From an uncultured Bacteroidota bacterium (GTDB taxonomy: Bacteria > Bacteroidota > Bacteroidia > Bacteroidales > UBA10428): DNA of 64,000 bases. Where the stretch lies: assembly GCA_963733535.1 (NCBI GenBank), contig CAVTDR010000002.1:111775-175774 (forward strand), written 5' to 3'. The position numbers were made by a program, and so were the translations under genes. The notes beneath the pieces are model-generated. The model was given only the letters and a program-made list of their open reading frames with translations. It ran no database searches and was not told the origin of the DNA. Below, in pieces: positions 57,797-64,000 of this stretch (position 1 is the stretch's first letter; the number at the start of each line of letters is the position of its first letter).

Positions 57797-57950
57797 ATTC
57801 TGGATATCGGATACTGGATGCTGGATGTGTGGGTGATAGGAGTTATGGGATTGGGGTAGGTGGGAAGACCCCACACCCTTATCTCAATCCCACACATCCA
57901 GTATCTGGCATCTAGTATCCAGCATCCAACATCTCATATCTGATATTTTT
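57797..57950. repeat. Solo IVS-like palindromic element
   Basis: Left arm ..GGATACTGGATGCTGGATGTGTGGG..; right arm ..CCCACACATCCAGTATCTGG..TATCCAGCATCC. Same family as the flanks of the four-helix-bundle gene. Confidence 0.75.
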
Positions 57951-58136
57951 ATGCACGGAAAGTGCCCGTAAGGACCGGCCCGGGTTTTCTGTAATCAGAT
58001 AGTTCCGGTAATTTTTACGCTCCATCATTGCATATGCCCAAAGCACCAAATCATCATGTGATGCAGAAAGGAGTCCTCCGCTCATTTCATGCTCAAACCA
58101 ACCATCGTGGTTTAAAAAGAATAATCGCTTGTTCAT
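57912..58136 (-). CDS. Hypothetical 74-aa protein
   Basis: ORF directly downstream of the shared operator. Its last codons and stop lie inside the palindromic repeat. Confidence 0.35.
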   Translation of the reverse strand: MNKRLFFLNHDGWFEHEMSGGLLSASHDDLVLWAYAMMERKNYRNYLITENPGRSLRALSVHKNIRYEMLDAGY

Positions 58137-58143
58137 AAAAAAA

Positions 58144-58160
58144 TGATTAAATTATAATCA
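58144..58160. promoter_or_regulatory. Candidate repressor operator TGATTA-N5-TAATCA
   Basis: AATTTGATTATAATTTAATCAT on the minus strand. A 21/22 match lies upstream of dinB. Confidence 0.5.
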
Positions 58161-58226
58161 AATTCACAGACTATAATATAATCATTTATTGAAACAGCAG
58201 TTGTTTCTTTAACTTTTTTAACACAT

Positions 58227-59093
58227 TTATTCGCCGGAAATAATGGAGCCTGTACCCGTAATATTTTTTACCACATCGGGATTTCCATAATAGGTAATAT
58301 TGCCGGTTCCAGCCAATAAAGCGCTTAGATTCTGGCTTACAGTTGTTCCGATATTTCCATAACCTGTAAGCGTACAATTCACAAATTTTGCACTGAGTCC
58401 GGTCAGATCCATACTGCCTGATCCTCCCAGGTTAGCGGTAAGGTTTTTTGCTTCACCATATGCAAAAATATAGCCATCTCCTTCCATATCTACAAAAAGA
58501 TCATCAGATGTGACAGCGGACCGGAATACCATTTTTCCGTTGCCGCTAAGAATTATTTCTGAAAGTTCGTTGAGCGGGGAAATCACATTGATATTCCCTG
58601 TACCGCTTAATATAAGAGAATAGAGGGGATCGGGGGTAGTAATATAAATGGTAAGCCGGCTATTTTTTACACAGGTGTCAGCATACGCGATGATCAGTCG
58701 TTGATTTATCACTGAAAAGGAGGCAAGGTCCACCAGGTTTTCATAATCAGAAACGCTTACAGCATATTCCGAACCACTTGAAATTTCAACATTGCCGATT
58801 TTTTTAAGTTCGATTTCGGTAAAGTGGGTAACAGGAATATTTTTGGTGATCAGGGAACCTTTTCCCTGTATCGTAAATTTCCCTACTGTATAGATACTGA
58901 AAACAGCATTCCCGGTTTGGATGGTGTCGGCCGAAGGCGAATGGGCGAATGCAGGTACAGTATCCGACTCTTTTTCACACGATGTTGCCAGAAAAAGTAG
59001 CAGCAGCAGAAGCGAAGCAATCTGAAAGTACTGTGTATATCGGTTTTTGTTTTTCATTTTTCCTTTTTTAATGATTCGGTTTTTAACTGTCAT
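58227..59093 (-). CDS. Lipoprotein with repetitive beta-helix-like (head GIN/DUF4097-like) domain
   Basis: Lipobox ..LATSC, with repeated G.G.I/G.G.M segments. The start is possibly the Met at 59057. Confidence 0.55.
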   Translation of the reverse strand: MTVKNRIIKKGKMKNKNRYTQYFQIASLLLLLLFLATSCEKESDTVPAFAHSPSADTIQTGNAVFSIYTVGKFTIQGKGSLITKNIPVTHFTEIELKKIGNVEISSGSEYAVSVSDYENLVDLASFSVINQRLIIAYADTCVKNSRLTIYITTPDPLYSLILSGTGNINVISPLNELSEIILSGNGKMVFRSAVTSDDLFVDMEGDGYIFAYGEAKNLTANLGGSGSMDLTGLSAKFVNCTLTGYGNIGTTVSQNLSALLAGTGNITYYGNPDVVKNITGTGSIISGE

Positions 59094-59215
59094 GTTATTA
59101 ATAATTTAGCACCGTTTTCTTCCTAATCCGGCCTATAAATCAAATAGTTATTGTAACATGCAGATATACGGAGCCCTATAAAGATAAGTTGCATTTAAAT
59201 TGACGAAGATCAATT

Positions 59216-60385
59216 TTATCGTTGATCTACGACACCACGCGAGATGATATTTCGCCCGTATCTTTTTCGCATTTTATCGATTTCCTGATACAGGTGTACC
59301 AACTCTGGCGTGTCTTCAAAGAGATTCAGCTGGGGGGTTCCGCGTACGAGGTGACTGAATTTAACGCCAATGAGCCTGATAAGCATGCGGCGTTGGTATA
59401 GCTTTTCAAAAAGCGACTTGGCAAGGGAAAGCAGCTTATGGTCGAAACAGGTATAAGGAATACGCTGCTGTAAAGTATGGGTGTCAAAATTGGAATACCT
59501 TATCTTTACTGTGATACAAGAGGTGAGTTTTTCTTCGGAGCGCAATTCATAGGCGATTTTTTCGACCATTTTGACGAGTGTGCTATTTAGTAGGGTGAGA
59601 TCCGTAGTGTCGGTATCAAAGGTGCGTTCAGCACTAATGGATTTTTGCTCCCAATAGGGAATCACCGGCGTACTGTCAATGCCATTGGCCTTTTTCCATA
59701 TTTCAATGCCATTTTTTCCCAGTACTTTTTCAATCATTTCGGGCGGAATCTGTCCCAGTGTACCAATAGTTGCCACTCCCATTGAACGCAGCAGATGAAA
59801 GGTTTTTTCGCCGATCATGGGTATTTTACTGATGGGAAGCGGGTTCAGAAAAGGCTTTACAAATTGGCCGGGAACTTCCTTTTCGCCATTGGGTTTAGCT
59901 TCGCCCGTGGCAATTTTTGAAACCGTTTTGTTTACCGATAATCCCCATGATATCGGCAATCCGGTTTGTTTTATGATTTCCCTTCGTAAATCCTGTGCCC
60001 ACTTCTGACTTCCAAAAAAACGGTCCATCCCCGTCAGATCAATATAATGCTCATCAATGGATGCCTTTTCATATACAGGCGACCTTTCTGCAATAATATC
60101 CGTAACCATACCCGAATATTTACTGTACAAGTCCATATCGCCTCTCACCACAATCGCATCGGCACATAATTGGCGAACCATTTTCATGGGCATCGCCGAA
60201 TGCACACCAAATTTGCGGGCTTCATAACTGCAACTGGATACCACGCCGCGACCCGATAAACTTCCAATTACAACCGGTTTACCGTTTAACTTACTGTTAA
60301 TCAGCCGCTCCACCGATACGAAAAAGCTGTCCAGATCCAAATGGATAATGCTGCGCCGCCCCGTATTTTCATCTCCCAACATCAT
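59216..60385 (-). CDS. dinB: Y-family DNA polymerase IV
   Basis: IIHLDLDSFFVSVE and SIDEHYIDLTG, with the catalytic acidic residues present. Confidence 0.85.
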   Translation of the reverse strand: MMLGDENTGRRSIIHLDLDSFFVSVERLINSKLNGKPVVIGSLSGRGVVSSCSYEARKFGVHSAMPMKMVRQLCADAIVVRGDMDLYSKYSGMVTDIIAERSPVYEKASIDEHYIDLTGMDRFFGSQKWAQDLRREIIKQTGLPISWGLSVNKTVSKIATGEAKPNGEKEVPGQFVKPFLNPLPISKIPMIGEKTFHLLRSMGVATIGTLGQIPPEMIEKVLGKNGIEIWKKANGIDSTPVIPYWEQKSISAERTFDTDTTDLTLLNSTLVKMVEKIAYELRSEEKLTSCITVKIRYSNFDTHTLQQRIPYTCFDHKLLSLAKSLFEKLYQRRMLIRLIGVKFSHLVRGTPQLNLFEDTPELVHLYQEIDKMRKRYGRNIISRGVVDQR

Positions 60386-60440
60386 ACTCCCCACACTTTT
60401 ATAATTGGCGTCTGTCTGATTTGTTAATAAATTTCCAATA

Positions 60441-60457
60441 TGATTATATTATAATCA
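60441..60457. promoter_or_regulatory. Candidate repressor operator TGATTA-N5-TAATCA
   Basis: AATTTGATTATAATATAATCAT on the minus strand, upstream of dinB. Confidence 0.5.
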
Positions 60458-60595
60458 AATTATATGATGATATGTTAATCATTTTTTGTTATATTTGCAA
60501 GGAAAATGGGGAAAATGATGCTGGATGTTTGATGCTGGATACCGGATGTGAGGGGAGTGAGACAAGAGTGTGGGTTAGGTATTACTAAATTAAAT

Positions 60596-60976
60596 ATGAT
60601 GAGTTATAGAAATTTGGAAATATGGCAGCTGTCTCGTGAAATCTCTATTAAAGTTCACGATTTAACGATTAAGCATTTGCCAAAATTTGAAATATTTGAA
60701 GAGGGTAGTCAAATAAGAAGATCTTCAAAATCAGTCAGAGCATTAATAGTTGAAGGATATGGAAAAAGATATTATAAGCAGGATTTTATTAAATATCTTA
60801 TTAGTGCAATGGCTTCGAATGATGAAACGCTGGACCATCTTGAAACCTTATATGAAACCGGATCATTAACTGATACCGCTATCTATCAGGACTTGTTTGA
60901 AAAGATCAATCTCTTGGGAAGAAAAATGAATCTTTTTATCGAAGCAGTAAAAAAAACGCATATCAGCACAAAATAG
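60596..60976 (+). CDS. Four-helix-bundle protein (23S rRNA intervening-sequence protein family)
   Basis: MMSYRNLEIWQLSREI..., ..RRSSKSVRALIVEGYG.. and ..SNDETLDHLE. Flanked by inverted GGATG(T)G(T)GGG-type repeats. Confidence 0.8.
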   Translation: MMSYRNLEIWQLSREISIKVHDLTIKHLPKFEIFEEGSQIRRSSKSVRALIVEGYGKRYYKQDFIKYLISAMASNDETLDHLETLYETGSLTDTAIYQDLFEKINLLGRKMNLFIEAVKKTHISTK

Positions 60977-60980
60977 TTCT

Positions 60981-61175
60981 AAAATCTAACATCAAATCTA
61001 ATATAACTCAAATCCCAAAACGCTATACCCACACATCCAGTATCTAGTATCAAATCTAACATAACTCAAATCCCAAAACGCTATACCACACATCTAGTAA
61101 CAAAATCTAACATAACCCAAATCCCAAAACACTATACTCACACATCCAGTATCTAATATCCAGTATCCAGCATCA
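60981..61175 (+). repeat. About 3 tandem copies of a 55-60-bp unit
   Basis: Unit AAATCTAACATAACTCAAATCCCAAAACGCTATACCCACACATCCAGTATCTAGTATC, repeated with small differences. Confidence 0.8.
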
Positions 61176-61214
61176 ATTACAACCATATTATCAATAACTT
61201 AACAATTCACCCTT

Positions 61215-62018
61215 ATGTTCTTCTCCTCCAATATTAAACTGCTTCGTAAGCGCAAAGGCCGCACTCAGGACGATGTGGCATTTGCCCTTGGAATGAAACG
61301 TTCAACACTGAGCGGATATGAAAATGAAGTGAGCCTGCCCACCATACAGGCCCTGATTTCATTTTCGAAATATTATGGTATCGCCATGGATACCCTTGTG
61401 AAAATCGACCTCCGGAACCTGTCGGAGAGCCAGTTTTCACAGCTTGAAAGAGGTGGCGATGTGTATCTCAAAGGCAGTAACCTGCGCGTCATGGCTACTA
61501 CTGTAAATAGCAGCAATGAAGAAAACATCGAACTGGTTTCTGAAAAAGCCAAGGCCGGATACGCAACAGGCTTTGCTGACCCGGAGTTTATTAAAGAATT
61601 GCCCGTATTCCAGTTGCCTTTCCTTTCCCGACAAAAAAAGTACCGTACTTTCCAGTTGAATGGCGACTCCATGCTTCCCATACCTGACGGCTCTTATGTT
61701 ACTGGAGAGTTTGTGCAGGACTGGAACAGCATTATCAGCGGGCATGGATATATTGTACTTACTCTCGATGAAGGAATCGTATTTAAAATTGCCGAAAACC
61801 TGCTGAAAGAAGATCACAAACTCAGACTTTTTTCCCTGAATCCTATTTATGAACCCTTTGAGGTAAATGCAGGTGAAATTAAAGAGATCTGGAAATTTGT
61901 AAATTATATCAGCTCCGAAATTCCCGATCCCATGATTCCCCCCGAAGAGTTGATACGAACTGTAGCCGGACTTAAAAAAGATCTGAACATTTTAAAAAGC
62001 CGGATGGGAAGGCAATAA
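61215..62018 (+). CDS. XRE-HTH plus S24 peptidase repressor (non-canonical LexA-like)
   Basis: N-terminal LRKRKGRTQDDVAFALGMKRSTLSGYE and C-terminal LNGDSMLP (Ser nucleophile) followed by a downstream Lys. Confidence 0.8.
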   Translation: MFFSSNIKLLRKRKGRTQDDVAFALGMKRSTLSGYENEVSLPTIQALISFSKYYGIAMDTLVKIDLRNLSESQFSQLERGGDVYLKGSNLRVMATTVNSSNEENIELVSEKAKAGYATGFADPEFIKELPVFQLPFLSRQKKYRTFQLNGDSMLPIPDGSYVTGEFVQDWNSIISGHGYIVLTLDEGIVFKIAENLLKEDHKLRLFSLNPIYEPFEVNAGEIKEIWKFVNYISSEIPDPMIPPEELIRTVAGLKKDLNILKSRMGRQ

Positions 62019-62138
62019 GTACATTCCTTTCTTGCTTTTGCCCATGGTATCGAAGGTCTAAAATATTGATAGATAGTCGTTTTATGTACACTAAAATAGG
62101 AACCTAAACCATACCTGAACGTATACCCGGTATCACAT

Positions 62139-63398
62139 TTGTTTATGTTCTACCGGTATAAAATATTTTTCTGTCTGTTACTGACTGCTTTTTTCCTATC
62201 CGTATTACGGATTCAGGGACAACCGGTTGACCTGCAAACCAGCGCCAATAATTTTTTCGACAGCATTGACCATCGTATCAATGCCCTCCAACAGCAAATA
62301 GAAAGACTTAAACAAAAACGCGACGTGGCTTATCTGAACCTTCAGCGTGAACTTGACCACACCATTTTTGTAAAATCCTTTGAAGAATTTGTAATTGATG
62401 AAAATCTGGAGAAAGCCAAAGATTTGGTGGAGGAGCGAATCAAAAAATCTGATTTTCGAAAAGACCAGTCATCCGTTCTGTATTACCGAACCTATGAGGA
62501 TAAGGTATATACATTGATTAAACAACAAAAAATTCATTATCAGCAATTGTTTTTAAAAGAGAAAAATTTTAAAAAAGAATTCGAACGGTATACAGAACCG
62601 GGAACACTAGCTGCCTATCAAAAGGCACAAAGAATTGTGCAGCTCGCAATGAAATACGCTGAAGAAAATAAGCTTGCTGAAACTATTCTGTTTCTTAAAA
62701 ATTATGAATCCTACACCAAAGCATTAATTTTTGATGCAAATTCAGATTACGATTTGGCCGAACTTACAAATCATTCAAAGAGCTTTGAAAGTGTTTTTTT
62801 ACCACTGGTTACAAGCGATAGCCTCGATGGTGTAAAAGAGGCAGAAAATCTTCTGGGCCATTGTATCAATTATGGACGATTGACAAGCTCATCGTTGAAT
62901 AGTGAATACTTTAGAAAACAGAAATTGATGGTTTCGTCGGCCTTATCGGATATTTTGGAACGTCAGGGAAGGGAACAGGAACTTGCCAAATATACAGATC
63001 AGTCGGTTGTTGCCCAATTCGATTCGTTAAATCCCTGTGGGGTATTTAAATGGCACGACCAGATTGTAGTAATTGATGAGTTTACACCTTCCTCGGGAAT
63101 GGAAAATGTAAAAAAGGGAGAGGCCATATTGCATGCCGACCGCATGCTGGCAACTTACCTGCAAAAAAATAAACTGTGCCAGTCTCCCGAAGACCTGAAA
63201 TTGGGTTATGCTTTTATTATTCCCTATAAATCAAATGCGAAAAACTCTTCTTTTTTTTATAATAAATCCAATCAGAAATGGCAATTTATTGCCTGTTATC
63301 AGATTATTGAAAATCCCGATTATACAGCTCAGGTAAGCCGTTATATGCCACCGCTGTTTTTCGAAGATGAAATGACCGCTTCTCCCGGAAGTTTGTAA
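62139..63398 (+). CDS. Hypothetical secreted protein
   Basis: 419 aa with a signal-like N-terminus and a helical composition. I did not recognise a family. Confidence 0.5.
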   Translation: MFMFYRYKIFFCLLLTAFFLSVLRIQGQPVDLQTSANNFFDSIDHRINALQQQIERLKQKRDVAYLNLQRELDHTIFVKSFEEFVIDENLEKAKDLVEERIKKSDFRKDQSSVLYYRTYEDKVYTLIKQQKIHYQQLFLKEKNFKKEFERYTEPGTLAAYQKAQRIVQLAMKYAEENKLAETILFLKNYESYTKALIFDANSDYDLAELTNHSKSFESVFLPLVTSDSLDGVKEAENLLGHCINYGRLTSSSLNSEYFRKQKLMVSSALSDILERQGREQELAKYTDQSVVAQFDSLNPCGVFKWHDQIVVIDEFTPSSGMENVKKGEAILHADRMLATYLQKNKLCQSPEDLKLGYAFIIPYKSNAKNSSFFYNKSNQKWQFIACYQIIENPDYTAQVSRYMPPLFFEDEMTASPGSL

Positions 63399-63440
63399 AC
63401 ATTTGAATGAACCGCTTGTTATGCTTTAAAGACATTTACA

Positions 63441-64000
63441 ATGCAACGGTTCATTTCATTTTCTATTATCTTTATGTTTTGTTTGCAGGGGACTTCCTGT
63501 GCTCAAAATACGAACAAGAATTCAAATCAACTATCCATGGCAAATGCGGAACAAATGGAAACGGTAACCCTGGGTGCCGGGTGTTTCTGGTGTGTAGAAG
63601 CAATCTTTGAGCAATTGAAAGGTGTATCCAAAGTGGAATCGGGATATTCAGGCGGACATATTAAAAATCCTTCATATAAAGAAGTATGCACAGGTACTAC
63701 AGGTCATGCCGAAGTATGCCAGGTTACTTATAATCCTGCCGAGATTTCATTTAAGGATATCCTTGAAGTATATTGGCAAACACATAATCCAACCACGCTA
63801 AACCGACAGGGTGCTGATGTCGGTACCCAATACCGTTCGGTTATCTTTTATCATAACGAAGAACAGAAAAGAATTGCTGAAGAAATGAAAAAACGTCTCG
63901 AGACAGCCAAAGTCTGGGAAGATCCGATTGTAACACAGATTGTTGCATTTGATTCATTTTACAAAGCGGAAGATTACCACCAGGAGTATTACTTTAACAA
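63441..64000 (+). CDS. msrA: Peptide-methionine (S)-S-oxide reductase (3' end outside window)
   Basis: Lipoprotein-like leader [20 protein letters not shown], then [17 protein letters not shown]. The frame stays open to the window end. The ORF-track entry 63407-63610 is in another frame. Confidence 0.85.
   Translation, partial: MQRFISFSIIFMFCLQGTSCAQNTNKNSNQLSMANAEQMETVTLGAGCFWCVEAIFEQLKGVSKVESGYSGGHIKNPSYKEVCTGTTGHAEVCQVTYNPAEISFKDILEVYWQTHNPTTLNRQGADVGTQYRSVIFYHNEEQKRIAEEMKKRLETAKVWEDPIVTQIVAFDSFYKAEDYHQEYYFN

Noticed and set aside
57785-57874. N-terminal 30 codons of the dnaE2 ORF (MGSSHLPQSHNSYHPHIQHP...)
   Set aside because: This stretch is encoded by the palindromic repeat element. 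The conserved PHP-domain start MFLNCHSYYS begins at 57784, so the extension is probably not translated.
60981-61175. Tandem repeats considered as a possible CRISPR array
   Set aside because: The units are contiguous, about 55-60 bp, with no unique spacers. They are imperfect copies of the IVS-like arm, and there are no cas genes in the window.
63407-63610. 67-aa ORF from the track
   Set aside because: It is out of frame with, and overlapped by, the clear msrA reading frame ([10 protein letters not shown]), which starts at 63441 and runs to the window end.

Overview
The window looks like a Bacteroidota-type chromosome segment. I infer this from the gene families, the XRE/S24 'non-canonical LexA' and the HTH_17/DUF3987/tyrosine-integrase mobile-element backbone. 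No database search was possible.

There are three blocks.

(1) 1-26.4 kb is core DNA. It carries hom (partial), a GH42 beta-galactosidase, a nitroreductase, a cold-shock protein, an esterase and a DUF418-like membrane protein. It also has an EanA/EanB-type anaerobic ergothioneine pair, katG, a Tat-signal Gfo/Idh/MocA oxidoreductase and a class-C-like group II intron sitting in a field of hairpin repeats. Further on come pterin dehydratase, a 903-aa HEAT-repeat protein translationally coupled to a tandem double radical-SAM/SPASM enzyme, and a PadR module with frameshifted or paralogous membrane proteins.

(2) About 26.49-49.26 kb is a ~22.8-kb integrative element inserted into the 3' end of mnmE. 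The displaced native end (FCIGK-stop plus terminator) is still visible at 26.47 kb. The element has a tyrosine integrase, three HTH_17 proteins, a primase-like protein and a DUF3987 protein. Its visibly AT-rich cargo is 12 co-directional genes with gaps of 20 nt or less: XRE, a nuclease-methyltransferase fusion, a DGQHR/NDT-like fusion, a specificity subunit, a 4-TM protein, a FokI-like nuclease, a catalytically inactive long pAgo, a TM protein, ECF S/A/T components and CobT. A 1.5-kb ORF-free region sits at the far end.

(3) 49.2-64 kb is core DNA. It carries mnmE, an ABC-2 exporter, sucD, a NucA-like protein lacking its catalytic His, and an SOS-type mutagenesis cassette (dnaE2, dinB, XRE/S24 repressor) interleaved with IVS-like palindromic repeats and a four-helix-bundle gene. 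It ends with msrA (partial).

I recognised no rRNA, tRNA or CRISPR. The best candidates for something undescribed are the HEAT plus double rSAM/SPASM pair and the RM-pAgo-ECF-CobT super-operon. All functional calls rest on motif recognition by eye and need HMM or BLAST confirmation.
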